Assembly (NCBI GenBank): GCA_934148985.1
Contig: CAKPDO010000002.1
Location: forward strand, 7,163-71,162
DNA from: an uncultured Clostridia bacterium
Lineage (GTDB): Bacteria > Bacillota > Clostridia > TANB77 > CAG-508
Direction of reading: 5' to 3'
DNA length: 64,000 nucleotides
In this document: positions 9,185-20,065 of the stretch, one piece after another
How the letters are laid out: each line of letters starts with the position of its first letter
Numbering within the stretch: position 1 is the first letter of the stretch
Translations under genes and position numbers: made by a program
The notes under the pieces: model-generated
Seen by the model: only the letters and a program-made list of their open reading frames with translations
What the model was told of the DNA's origin: nothing
Databases searched by the model: none

Positions 9185-9697
9185 TTATTCACCTCCCTCA
9201 TCTTTTAATAATTCATAAATTTTCATTCTTGCTCTTGCAAGTCTTGATTTTACCGTTCCTTCTGGAATATTTAGAGTTTCTGATATTTTACTTACTGATA
9301 AGTCATTGTAATAATATAAAACTGTTATTAATCTTAAATTTTCATCTATTTTATTTAGCACTTGTTCTAGTGTTGATTCTTTTTCATATATTTCATAATA
9401 ATTTATTGTATCAATCTGCATTTTTTCATTTATGTTTGTTATTTTTTTGTTTTTTCTTATTATATCATTACACTTATTAATTAAAATTCTGATTGCCCAT
9501 GTTGAAAAGTATTCATTTTTCTCTAATTTCTTAATATTTTTATAAATACTAATTAATGTTTCTTGTAAAGCATCACAAACATCTTCATCATTTTTTAATA
9601 TCGCCATTCCTGTTTTGTATAGCTTGTATTTTATTTTGTTTATCTCTCTTTCCAAGGCTTCATAATCACCTTGTTTTGCAAGCTCTAAATCCTCCAT
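9185..9697 (-). CDS. ECF-type sigma-70 family RNA polymerase sigma factor
   Basis: 170 aa. Region 2 (FSTWAIRILINKCNDIIR) and region 4 HTH (LSVSKISETLNIPEGTVKSRLARAR). Confidence 0.85.
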   Translation of the reverse strand: MEDLELAKQGDYEALEREINKIKYKLYKTGMAILKNDEDVCDALQETLISIYKNIKKLEKNEYFSTWAIRILINKCNDIIRKNKKITNINEKMQIDTINYYEIYEKESTLEQVLNKIDENLRLITVLYYYNDLSVSKISETLNIPEGTVKSRLARARMKIYELLKDEGGE

Positions 9698-9716
9698 TTT
9701 ATCCTCCTTTTCATCT

Positions 9717-9834
9717 ATTAGACGTATTACTTTCCTGTTTGGTTCATTTTTTCTAAAAAAAACGATTCTTTTTTGATTAGACGTATTACTTTCCTGTTTG
9801 GTTCATTTTTTCTAAAAAAAACGATTCTTTTTTG
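9717..9834 (-). promoter_or_regulatory. Tandem 59-bp duplication carrying an ECF-type promoter (TGAACC-N16-CGTCTAA) upstream of the sigma gene
   Basis: Units 9717-9775 and 9776-9834 are identical. The minus strand reads ...AAAATGAACCAAACAGGAAAGTAATACGTCTAAT... The proximal CGTC is about 25 nt upstream of the sigma ATG. The prs terminator hairpin (CGGTTCTTTT/AAAAGAATCG plus T8) abuts the distal unit. Confidence 0.6.
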
Positions 9835-9875
9835 AAAAGAACCGCTTTTTACATCATAAATTTTCTTAGTCTGTT

Positions 9876-10829
9876 TTATACGAAGCTTTTTAATAGCTCC
9901 CCTAATGCCTTTTTCTCATTTAATCTTTTAATTGTTTCAGCAAATAAAGGTGCAATTGACACTACCTTTATTTTATCAATTTTCTTTTCATCTGTTAATG
10001 GAATTGTATTTGTTATAACCAATTCTTTTATTGGTGAATTTTTAATTCTTTCTATAGCTGGACCTGATAGAACTCCATGAGTACAAGCTGCATAAACAGA
10101 TTTTGCACCAAATTCGTTCAATACTCTTACAGTTTCCATCATAGAACCTGCCGTATCAATTTCATCATCAAATATTATTGCATTTTTTCCTTTTACATCT
10201 CCTATAATGGTTGTCCCAATTGCTTTATCATTATTTCCATCTCTCCTTTTATCTAGCATAGCAATAGGACATCCAAAAAATGTAGAATATTTATACGCTT
10301 TTTTTGAACTTCCAGCATCTGTTGCAACTATAACTTTATTTTCCAATTTCTTTTCATCGAAATATTTTTCTAAAAGCCTTTCTGCTGTAAGCCTATCGCA
10401 ATTAATATTATTGAAATATGCTTGTATTGCTGGATTATGCAAATCACAAGTTATTACTCTTGTAGCTCCTGCTGCCTCAATCAATTGTGCCATAAGTTTA
10501 GCCGTTATAGGTACACGTGGTTGATCTTTTTTGTCTGACCTAGAATACATATAATATGGGATTACAACATTTATTTCTCTTGCTGATGCTCTTTTTGCTG
10601 CATCTATTGTTATTAATAATTCCATTATTCTTTCATTTACTGGAGGAGTTGCGCTTTGTACTAAATATACATCATAGTCCCTTACTGTTTCTAGTATTTG
10701 TACAAAATTATTATCATTTTTAAATTTCATTCTGTTTATTTTTCCCATAGGTATTTTTAAATAGTCACAGATTTCTTTTGTAAAAGGTTCCGAAGCTTCA
10801 CTGCAAGCAAATATTTTTATTTTTTCCAT
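9876..10829 (-). CDS. prs: Ribose-phosphate pyrophosphokinase
   Basis: 317 aa; DLHNPAIQAYF and the PRPP-binding loop IIFDDEIDTAGS. Confidence 0.9.
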   Translation of the reverse strand: MEKIKIFACSEASEPFTKEICDYLKIPMGKINRMKFKNDNNFVQILETVRDYDVYLVQSATPPVNERIMELLITIDAAKRASAREINVVIPYYMYSRSDKKDQPRVPITAKLMAQLIEAAGATRVITCDLHNPAIQAYFNNINCDRLTAERLLEKYFDEKKLENKVIVATDAGSSKKAYKYSTFFGCPIAMLDKRRDGNNDKAIGTTIIGDVKGKNAIIFDDEIDTAGSMMETVRVLNEFGAKSVYAACTHGVLSGPAIERIKNSPIKELVITNTIPLTDEKKIDKIKVVSIAPLFAETIKRLNEKKALGELLKSFV

Positions 10830-11796
10830 TTAATCTTTTCCTTTCATTTTATCTTCTTCACTTTTTAATTTTTTATATCTATCAGCGTAATTATTTAAAT
10901 TTATTTCAAAATTTCTTCTACTTTCTCTTATTATATTGTCTAATATTAACCCCCCGAAAAAAGCTTGAACTGCACCTATAAAGAAAAATACACTTGCAAC
11001 AAATGATGGCATTTTAGGTACTAGCCCTGTTTTTACATAGTCTATTAAAACTGGCGTTAAAAAGCCCAAACCTATCAAAGACAATATCATTGATACCCAA
11101 ATAAAGAATGAAAATGGTTTATAATTTTTATATAATGCTAATATAGTTTTTATTACTTTAAATCCATCAGAATATGTGTTTAATTTTGATACACTTCCTT
11201 TTGGCCTGTCACGATATTCTATGATAACATTTTCCACTCCCATATTTTTGTCTAAAGTATGAATTGTCATTTCAGTTTCAATTTCAAACCCCTTTGATAA
11301 TACTGGAAAAGTTTTTACAAATTGATAACTAAAAGCTCTATATCCTGTCATTACATCTCTAATATCACTTTTGTATATCATATTTATTAACTTACGAACT
11401 AAAACATTTCCTAAATTATGAAACGGTCTTTTATTTTCTGTAAAATATGTTGATGAAAGCCTGTCCCCTACAACCATATCTGCATTTCTTTCCAATACTG
11501 CTTGACACATTTCTTTTGCTTTTTCAGCTGGATATGTATCATCTCCATCTGTCATTATATAACATTCGGCGTCAATATCTCTAAACATACTTCGAATTAC
11601 ATTTCCTTTTCCTTGTTTTCTTTCATATCTAACTATAGCTCCGAGCTTTTCTTGCTATTTCATCTGTTCCGTCTTTTGAATTGTTATCATACACATAAAT
11701 TGTTGCTTCTGGAAGTTCTCTTTTAAAATCTTCTATAACTTTTTCTATAGTTTTACTCTCATTATAACATGGTATTAGTACCGCTATTTTGTCCAT
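10830..11796 (-). pseudogene. GT2 polyprenyl-phosphate glycosyltransferase (GtrB/DPM1-like), interrupted by one extra nucleotide at 11640-11643
   Basis: ORFs 11629-11829 (MDKIAVLIPCYNESKTIE...DGTDEIARKA) and 10830-11588 (...MTDGDDTYPAE... plus C-terminal TMs) are two halves of one gene. Length is 967 nt = 3n+1. Dropping the C of GCT-C-GGA-GCT restores EIARKA-GAIVRYERKQGKGNVIRSMFRDIDA. Confidence 0.8.
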
Positions 11797-11835
11797 TTTT
11801 CGATCCTTTCTTTTGAGTATCAATCTCAAACATAC

Positions 11836-13626
11836 TTATTCTACACATCCGTCAATTTCTTCTTCTCTAAATGTTAAACCTATTAATACTGGCAAAGTTG
11901 TAAATAAACTATATACATATCTATATTCACAAAATACAGGAGATGCAATTGTAGTTAGCCATAATATTATTAAAGGCATATATAAAAGAAAATATTTATA
12001 TCTCTTTTTATATAATTCATATACTAACATAATAAGTGCCACCCAAAATGTAAATCCTACACTAAATATCATAGAAATTATTGGTATTTCTCTTTCATCT
12101 ATTATGCTATCAAATTTTTCTAATAATTCAATATTCACAATTGGATTTTCACGTATATCTAATTCTTCTGTCTCTCTGGCATTTCCTCTAGAAACGACCC
12201 AATGTTTTGCTTCTGGATACCAATATCCATAGCTTCCACATAAAAATGACTCTATTGTATCTCTAGGGAATTCTATTGCTAATTTTATATACAATTTTAC
12301 CAAATCAATTTTATCTTCTTCAAATGCTTTGTTATCAAAATTATCTTTTACCGGGTCTGATACATGAGAATTATATTTTTCTCCTAAGTTTTCAACTGGT
12401 AAATATTTATAAATCATATCTTTTTCTTCTTGAGATAATTTATCATTTTTATATTTACTTATTCTTGCAAATTGCTGTAACGGTATTGATAAAGCTTCTC
12501 TTGCTGACCCCTCTTTTATATCTAATATAGAAAATACAGGGCCTTTCCATATTGCATAACTTGCTAAAACTATAATTGATACAATAAAAAGAGGTTTATA
12601 ATATTTTTTGGCTACAATAAACATAATTGGTATTGTTAATACAACTACATATAGTCCATTATTCCTTAATAGCATTGTAAGTATCATACTAATTACCAAT
12701 AATACTGTTTTCTTCTTGTTTTTAAAAAATTCATCTTGATTTATTGTTAATTCTGCCAATATTGTTATAAAAATTGTCATTGAAATTGCAAATGGTATAT
12801 CCTTCCACATTGTTATACTATACATTCCATGTACTGGATAAAATGCATAAAATATAAATGCCACTATCCTAACTTTCAAACTTACATTTTTCTTTGCCAT
12901 ATAATATATTGCCCAAGAAAATGTTGCTGATAAAGCTAACATTTGTAATACACTATATATTGCAACACCAATGTTATTATTTTTTAATAAACTTCCTATA
13001 TTCATTGGAATTGCAATTATAAGTGTATGTAATACCGGATGATGATTAGTTAGTTGTATCTTAAATAAACTTTGATAAACTTGTCCCATAGAATCTGCTG
13101 TAAGTTTTCCGGGAAAATAATTTAGAAAATATGGTAACCAAGCAATAAAGATTAAGCCCCAAATTAAGAAAAATGATTTTTTATTACATATAAAAAATTT
13201 ATATACTTTATTTTTTATTTTAACTTCATCAAATTTCAAAAATACATTTGCTAATACGCTAAAAAATATTGTCAAATACCCTATAAATATTACCACAGAT
13301 TTTAAAACTGTAGACCAACTATTTATAATTCCACTTAAATCACCATATAAGTCAATACTTTTTCCAATTACTTCAAGTATCGCAAGAACAAGCGATAACA
13401 CAAAAGTAAATATTTTTAACCTTTTATTTTTATTTTCTCCTATCTTTTTTAACATCCAATAGATAATTATAAAAACAGCTACCAGTGCTACAGAATTTCC
13501 ATTTAATGATTGTGAAATTGCAATTTCTTTGCTCATATTAATGCAAAATAAAGCGGCAACCATACTTGACATTATTCCTGCAATAAACTTCTTTAAATAT
13601 TTTATAAGGGCTTCTTTTTTCCACAT
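11836..13626 (-). CDS. Polytopic membrane protein, putative GT-C-type glycosyltransferase for glycopolymer decoration
   Basis: 596 aa with many hydrophobic helices plus a soluble C-terminal part. Located among GtrB-like GT2 genes and a polymer exporter. Family not verified. Confidence 0.5.
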   Translation of the reverse strand: MWKKEALIKYLKKFIAGIMSSMVAALFCINMSKEIAISQSLNGNSVALVAVFIIIYWMLKKIGENKNKRLKIFTFVLSLVLAILEVIGKSIDLYGDLSGIINSWSTVLKSVVIFIGYLTIFFSVLANVFLKFDEVKIKNKVYKFFICNKKSFFLIWGLIFIAWLPYFLNYFPGKLTADSMGQVYQSLFKIQLTNHHPVLHTLIIAIPMNIGSLLKNNNIGVAIYSVLQMLALSATFSWAIYYMAKKNVSLKVRIVAFIFYAFYPVHGMYSITMWKDIPFAISMTIFITILAELTINQDEFFKNKKKTVLLVISMILTMLLRNNGLYVVVLTIPIMFIVAKKYYKPLFIVSIIVLASYAIWKGPVFSILDIKEGSAREALSIPLQQFARISKYKNDKLSQEEKDMIYKYLPVENLGEKYNSHVSDPVKDNFDNKAFEEDKIDLVKLYIKLAIEFPRDTIESFLCGSYGYWYPEAKHWVVSRGNARETEELDIRENPIVNIELLEKFDSIIDEREIPIISMIFSVGFTFWVALIMLVYELYKKRYKYFLLYMPLIILWLTTIASPVFCEYRYVYSLFTTLPVLIGLTFREEEIDGCVE

Positions 13627-13682
13627 TATTATTATTTCCTTTCAACTTTTATTACTACATATAAACTTTAAATTTTTGTATT

Positions 13683-15189
13683 CTAATATAAACATAAGTA
13701 TAACGTATTTTCCTCAAAAATCAATTGCTCCGAATTATATGTTCTCCAATTATAATTTAAAAATTCTTGTCTTATTTTTTCTGGCACTTCTGCTCTTTGG
13801 AAAGTTTTTCCACTATAAAATTCAAGGACTTCAATTGCTGACCAATCTATTACCATACTTCTTACATTTGCACTTTCAAGTTCTGGTTGTCCAACATAAT
13901 ATGTTGATGATGATTTGTCATATGCTATTCCTATGTTTTTTATTTCTATACCTGTTTTTTCTTGATATTCATATATTTCATCTAATACAGAAATAGCAAC
14001 ATTTTTATCAAGATATCCTGTTGCAATATTCTCTGTAGATGTTCTTATAAAATACATCGCATTTAAAAATACCATTCCGAATTGATGCTACAGCTAATAT
14101 TTGTTTAAACCAATTTATCTTCTTTTCTTCAAATTTCACTATTATATATAAAATAAGTATAGGTATAATCGCTGCATAACTTAATACCATTCTAGGCTCT
14201 ATATATTGTTGTTCTCGAGGAGTTGCCATTACTGGTAATAGAGGCATGAAAAATGCCAAAATACCTAGCATTATATATTCTATAATAGAAAATTTTTCCC
14301 TTGTTTTAAAAATTATCAATATATACCATAGAGTTATTAGACCTATTATTGCAATATATAAATATTTTGGTAAAAGTTTAAATGAGAACATCATTGTTGT
14401 TCCAAAATTATATGTAGTATATATAATATCATTTATACTTGGAATTGACGCTTTCCTCATTTTATTATCTACAAATATTTGTATAATTTTTATAGATATT
14501 AAATTTATTACAAAGGCACTTCCATAGAATATTCCTATTATTAAAGCCTCTTTTACAATTTTCTTTATATCTCCTTTATTTCTATATGTTTCCATTATTA
14601 ATGCTAATAGCACAAACAAAGAAATTGTTGATTGATATGCAAATGATGATAATAATACCAATATAAAGCTAATGATATATCTATGTTTTACCTCTGAATT
14701 AAACACACAAGCGCCTATTACAGAAAGTAATATTGCAAACATCATAATTCCAGATTCTGCAAACATAAACATTTCACAACTTGAAAAATTAAATATAATT
14801 GAAAAAGTTAAAGTTCCAATTAAAATATTCCAACTAATTGATTTTTCTTTTTTCATTAATTTTAATATATATTTATACAGAATATACCAAGCACTTGCTG
14901 CTATAATAATCCCAATAAAAGACAATATTTTTAAATTAGTTAATAAAGTAATATCTAATATTTTAGCTATCCATAACTCAAGTGCTCCAAAAAATCTAGC
15001 CGAAGCTAAGAAATGTAATATATAATTATCATATCCATATGCATATAAGCAATAAGTATCGGCTGCAAAATGTATTCTTAAAAAGTTTGTACAAACTATA
15101 AATGAAAAAAACACCATCACTATAAATACATATATACTATTTTTATGTTCTAAAATCAGGTTTTTAATATCTTGTATCTTTGATTTCAT
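13683..15189 (-). pseudogene. GtrII-like polytopic membrane glycosyltransferase, interrupted by one extra nucleotide near 14076-14079
   Basis: ORFs 14008-15189 and 13683-14075 overlap by 68 nt in different frames. Length is 1507 nt = 3n+1. Dropping the C of ATT-C-GGA-ATG joins ...ILAVASI to GMVFLNAMYFIRTSTEN..., a continuous TM helix. Confidence 0.7.
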
Positions 15190-15255
15190 ATTTTTATTTT
15201 TATGATATATTTAAATTAAATAATCATTATCTCCTTTTCTCATTTTTTCTCCCAA

Positions 15256-16032
15256 CTACATTTCTTCAGCAAATTTTCTTTGTAATTTGTGGAATATTAA
15301 ATATCCAATAATGCATAATGCTATACTTATAACAAATACAACAGCCAATGATTTTAACTCTGGCATTTGTTTATAGTAAAATATATTTCTATATCCATTT
15401 ATTATATATGTCATAGGATTATATTTAATAATCCATTGAAAACTCTCTGGTATTTGTCCTGGTGCATATACTACTGGAGTTGCATAAAATAGTAATTGTA
15501 ACGCAATTCCTATAAAATGCTGTAAATCTCTAAAATACACAGTTACACTTGAAACTATAAACGAAATACCAATCAATAAAAAATATTGTATAAGTAGTAC
15601 AATAGGATAAAATACTATGTATTTGGAAATTCCAACACCATAAGCAAGTACAAATGCCATAATAATTAGTGTTGAAATCATAAAATTTACCATCTCACTT
15701 GTTACAACAGATATTGGTAATATTTCTCGAGGGAAATATACTTTTTTTACTATATTTCCATTTTCAATAATTGTAAATGACGTTCTTGATATTGCTGTTG
15801 AAAAAAATGTCCAAGGAATTAAACCACAACAAATAAAAACTGTGTAGTTCTCAATTCCATCTCCTCTCATTAAAAGAGGAAAAACTAATGCATATACTGC
15901 AATTTGTAAAAGCGGATTCAAAAATGACCACATTACTCCTAAAATAGAATTTTTATATTTTCCTCTAATATCTTTACTTATACTTGTCTTCAATAGTTCT
16001 CTATAATCATATAAGCTCTTAAAAAAATTCAT
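15256..16032 (-). CDS. ABC-2 type polysaccharide/teichoic-acid export permease (TagG/Wzm-like)
   Basis: 258 aa, six hydrophobic segments, directly downstream of the cognate ATPase. Confidence 0.8.
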   Translation of the reverse strand: MNFFKSLYDYRELLKTSISKDIRGKYKNSILGVMWSFLNPLLQIAVYALVFPLLMRGDGIENYTVFICCGLIPWTFFSTAISRTSFTIIENGNIVKKVYFPREILPISVVTSEMVNFMISTLIIMAFVLAYGVGISKYIVFYPIVLLIQYFLLIGISFIVSSVTVYFRDLQHFIGIALQLLFYATPVVYAPGQIPESFQWIIKYNPMTYIINGYRNIFYYKQMPELKSLAVVFVISIALCIIGYLIFHKLQRKFAEEM

Positions 16033-16046
16033 TACTACTCCTCCTA

Positions 16047-16787
16047 TTACTTTGTTTCTTCTAGGTATTTTTCAATTACTGCATCAGTCTTCCCATCCAT
16101 TTTAATTTGTCCATTGCTAATCCATACAGACCTATCACATAATTCTTTTGCTGAGCCCAAACTATGTGTAACAAATACCATTGTTTTTCCCTCTTTTTTT
16201 AATTCTTTCATTTTATTAATACATTTTAGCTGAAAATGTTGATCTCCTACAGAAAGTATTTCATCGACTAACAAAATATCAGCATCAACATTTATTGCAA
16301 CAGCAAAAGCTAATCTCATGAACATTCCAGATGAATATGTTCTTACAGGATTATCAATATAATCTCTTAGTTCAGAAAATTCTATTATTTGTTCCAATCT
16401 ATTATCAATTTCCTTTTTTGTTAATCCAAATATTGATGCATTGAAATAAATATTTTCTCTTCCTGAAAAATCGGCATGGAAACCTGCCCCTAACTCTAAT
16501 AATGATGTTAGTTTTCCATTAGTTACAATTTTGCCTTTATTAGGATATATAATTTTTGTCATTAATTTTAGTAAAGTTGATTTTCCACTACCATTTACAC
16601 CTATTAATGCCACAGCTTCACCTTTTTTTATGTTTAGGTTAATATCTTTTAAAACTTCACGGACTTCTTTTCTATTTCTTTTCCAAAAAAGCATTTTTTC
16701 TTTTAAGCTGTTTGCTTTGTCTAAATATACATCAAATGTTTTATATACATCTTTTACTTCTATTGCATATTCTTCTTCGTTTTTCAC
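16047..16787 (-). CDS. Polysaccharide/teichoic-acid export ABC ATP-binding protein (TagH/Wzt-like)
   Basis: Walker A GVNGSGKST, signature YSSGMFMRLAFA, Walker B ILLVDE. Confidence 0.85.
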   Translation of the reverse strand: MKNEEEYAIEVKDVYKTFDVYLDKANSLKEKMLFWKRNRKEVREVLKDINLNIKKGEAVALIGVNGSGKSTLLKLMTKIIYPNKGKIVTNGKLTSLLELGAGFHADFSGRENIYFNASIFGLTKKEIDNRLEQIIEFSELRDYIDNPVRTYSSGMFMRLAFAVAINVDADILLVDEILSVGDQHFQLKCINKMKELKKEGKTMVFVTHSLGSAKELCDRSVWISNGQIKMDGKTDAVIEKYLEETK

Positions 16788-16788
16788 T

Positions 16789-19700
16789 CTATTTACCTCC
16801 CTTTATCTTGCGGAATCCCTTATATATCCCATTTTTCGTTGTTCTTGCTAAACCATAACCCATTTTTCCTATTTTTAAAATTATTTTATGATTATAGAAA
16901 ATCTCGTTCATTCTTCTTTTAAATGTTGGTCTATCATATAATATATAAAATATAATCCTCAACATTTTGCTATGGTGCTCTAAATCAACCACATTGTTAT
17001 AATTTAAGTATCCATTATTTATTACTTTAATATTACTATTACTACTAATTAACAGATTCATATTTCTTTGATTTTTATTGTTTCTTTCTATTAACCAGTC
17101 TTCAGTAATTGGTTTTATTTCTTTGCTTCTTACAGTATCTTCAAATCCAATTGAGTTAAATATCAGCATATCTTCTGGCTTTGATGAATTTATATATGAT
17201 ATAAATGGTAAAGAAATATAATAGTCTTGATAATATAGCATTTTATATTCTTCTCCAAATATTCCTAAAAAGTCCGTTATAAATTGCATTGCCGCCTTTT
17301 GGATAATACCTGTTACACATTTTTCTTGATAAGTTTTGCTATCTTTTTCTAAAATTGGTTTAACTTCCTCTCCAGAAAAATCATATCCTATTGTTGATGG
17401 TCCTAGTTCTGATATTATTGATTCATAAGCAAAACCTGTAACTGATGGCTTAGCTTCAAAATATGTTGATAATTTATATCCTGCAACATCAGAATATTTC
17501 ATAGCCTCATCTTGATTTATGTTTAAAAAATATGTATCAATTGGCTTACCACAAAGAATAGATAAATATAATTCTGGTCTTCCACTATATCCTAAATCAA
17601 ATGTTGCTGATTTTTCTTGAAAATACTCTCCAAAAAATCTTTTTAGTTTTTCTGTTTTTTCTTGATTTTTCCTCTCATCAAATAACTCCTTAATAATAAT
17701 TTTTACAAGTTTATTAAATTTTTGTTTTGTTTTTATATTTTCTTCATATTTTATTCCATATTTTTCTATAATTTGTTTTATTTCTTCATCAGATACATCT
17801 TTTAAGCTATATCTTATGTATTTTATTATATATTTAGGAGTATGGTTTTCTATATTAATGATATCAGTAAGTTTATATAAATCCATTTTGTTAATAACTA
17901 TTGCAGATATTAAGGCTTTTCTGGATACTCTTAAATATTTTTCTTCAGGCACATTTTTATAATATTTTTTCAATATTTTATATGCTTCCATTGGTAAATA
18001 CCCATCTCTTGCCATAAATGCCAGATTTTTATATCCTTTTCCATCAGTTTCTTTAAGTAACCAATTTCCAACTCCAAACATATACATCCCAACAATGTAA
18101 TATCCAATTAAAAAAGGGTCAATATTAAAATCTGATTCTTTATTAAATGTTCTAAATGGATTATCAAAATATTTATTTGCAACTACAGCAACCATTGTTC
18201 TTATTCCGATAAAATTCATACTTGCTTGATTATCTCTCCAAAAAGGCATACTCTTATCTAGCATTTTTGTTAAATTATTTGTTGTATTTGCATCTAACAT
18301 TAAAGTTGTTGTCTTTGCAAAATATTCTGAATTTATTTTACATTTTTTTGCCATTTCATAATCTGATTTGTAGTTGTCACCCATATGCAATATATTTTCA
18401 GGGCTTATTCCCTCATTTTCAATTACATAATGGTACAAATTTCCTGTTGATTTTGTAACATTTGTTTCACATGATATATAAATTTTATCTATTTCGTCAT
18501 ATCCATTATTTAAAAGTATTTGTCTTATCACATTTTTTGACAAATACATATCTGACGTACAGATTACTCGTTTTCCTAGATATTTTGCTAATTTATATAT
18601 TGAATATGCTGTTTCTCTTCTTTTACAAAAACGTAATTCTAATTCAATTTCTTTTTTCTTTAAAAATTCAATTATATCATTTGGTATTTCATATTGTTTT
18701 TCTATTATATCATATATTTTGTCAAGAGTAACTTCTTCTTCTTTATTTTTTTGAGCCTCTTTTCTTGCAAATACTTCACATTCTTCTCTAATTTTAGAAA
18801 AATCAATTCCTAAGTTATTAGATAATTTTCTATAGTCTTCATTTAAAAATACAAATAAATCTTTTGGATATAAAAAGGGTCTAGTAATTAGTGTATCAAA
18901 AATGTCAAAACTTACAATTTTTATTTTCTCATCCATAACTTTTGCCTTTAATTTGTCTAATCCAGAATTCCAATAAGTTTCTGCTGAGCTAAAGAAATTT
19001 GAATTTTTTATTTCAAATTGTTTTGGGCAAAATTCATTAAATTTTCTTTCTATTTCATCTTTTTCTTCTTTTTTGAATCTCATTTTCATAAGATATGTCT
19101 TATGTATTTGGCAATATAATGCTCTCCATTTTTCAAATTTTTCTTTATATTTATCATATACATTTTTTTCTTTTAAAAAATTTTCAACAAATGTAAATGA
19201 TGTATTTAAATCTTCTAGATTTTTTGTTGCTTTTTTGAATGACATATCACTTGTAGATGTTGAAGCTCCCTCATGTTTTGTATAAAAAAACGATACTATA
19301 TCAACTTTTGTTACCTTTTTGGCAAAATAAAATAATACATTAGAAAAAGCAAAATCTTCTGTCATTATTAAATGTTTCTTTACTTTTTCATATTCTATAA
19401 TAGCTCTATTCCATATTTCTCTTGAGTAAATTTTATTTGGAGTAATATGCCAAGCAAAATTTAATCCTTCTTGATTATAAAATTCCCTATAACATTCTTC
19501 TCCATTAAGTTCTTCAAAAGGAAATTCAAACAAATTATATATTTTTCTATTATTTTCTCCATAATCCATAACCAAATTTGAAATTACAATATCAGAATTA
19601 GTTTCTTCAGCTTTGCATACTAATTCTCTATAGAAATCATTTGATACATAATCATCTGCATCTAAAAATGCAATATAATCTCCTGTTGAGCTTTTAAAGC

Positions 19701-19947
19701 CTGTCACTCTTGCTTGAAATAGTCCTTTGTTTTTTTCATGTTCCACATATTTTATTCTTGCATCCTTTTTTGCATACTCCCCTGCAATTTCTTTACAATT
19801 TTTAGGTGAGCAATCATTTACAATTATTATTTCAAGGTTTTTATATGATTGTTTTGTTAAAGAATTTATACATTTTCGTAAAAATGCTTCTGAGTTATAT
19901 ACTGGTATAATTATTGAAATCTTTTTATTTATTTTACTAATAGTCAT
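16789..19947 (-). CDS. Multidomain glycosyltransferase: N-terminal GT2, central HAD-like domain, ~480-aa C-terminal domain of unknown function
   Basis: ISIIIPVYNSEAFL...IVNDCS...FLDADD (GT2); VSFDIFDTLITRPF and HMGDNYKSD (HAD motifs I and IV-like). I did not recognise the rest. Confidence 0.7.
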   Translation of the reverse strand: MTISKINKKISIIIPVYNSEAFLRKCINSLTKQSYKNLEIIIVNDCSPKNCKEIAGEYAKKDARIKYVEHEKNKGLFQARVTGFKSSTGDYIAFLDADDYVSNDFYRELVCKAEETNSDIVISNLVMDYGENNRKIYNLFEFPFEELNGEECYREFYNQEGLNFAWHITPNKIYSREIWNRAIIEYEKVKKHLIMTEDFAFSNVLFYFAKKVTKVDIVSFFYTKHEGASTSTSDMSFKKATKNLEDLNTSFTFVENFLKEKNVYDKYKEKFEKWRALYCQIHKTYLMKMRFKKEEKDEIERKFNEFCPKQFEIKNSNFFSSAETYWNSGLDKLKAKVMDEKIKIVSFDIFDTLITRPFLYPKDLFVFLNEDYRKLSNNLGIDFSKIREECEVFARKEAQKNKEEEVTLDKIYDIIEKQYEIPNDIIEFLKKKEIELELRFCKRRETAYSIYKLAKYLGKRVICTSDMYLSKNVIRQILLNNGYDEIDKIYISCETNVTKSTGNLYHYVIENEGISPENILHMGDNYKSDYEMAKKCKINSEYFAKTTTLMLDANTTNNLTKMLDKSMPFWRDNQASMNFIGIRTMVAVVANKYFDNPFRTFNKESDFNIDPFLIGYYIVGMYMFGVGNWLLKETDGKGYKNLAFMARDGYLPMEAYKILKKYYKNVPEEKYLRVSRKALISAIVINKMDLYKLTDIINIENHTPKYIIKYIRYSLKDVSDEEIKQIIEKYGIKYEENIKTKQKFNKLVKIIIKELFDERKNQEKTEKLKRFFGEYFQEKSATFDLGYSGRPELYLSILCGKPIDTYFLNINQDEAMKYSDVAGYKLSTYFEAKPSVTGFAYESIISELGPSTIGYDFSGEEVKPILEKDSKTYQEKCVTGIIQKAAMQFITDFLGIFGEEYKMLYYQDYYISLPFISYINSSKPEDMLIFNSIGFEDTVRSKEIKPITEDWLIERNNKNQRNMNLLISSNSNIKVINNGYLNYNNVVDLEHHSKMLRIIFYILYDRPTFKRRMNEIFYNHKIILKIGKMGYGLARTTKNGIYKGFRKIKGGK

Positions 19948-20065
19948 TCTTTTTACCTCATTTCTTTTTAATGTTATTTTTATTAGCTATACAGACATAA
20001 TTTTTTCATATTATAACCTTTATTATTTTCATTGTCAACAAATAAAAACCTGATTTAATCTATAG

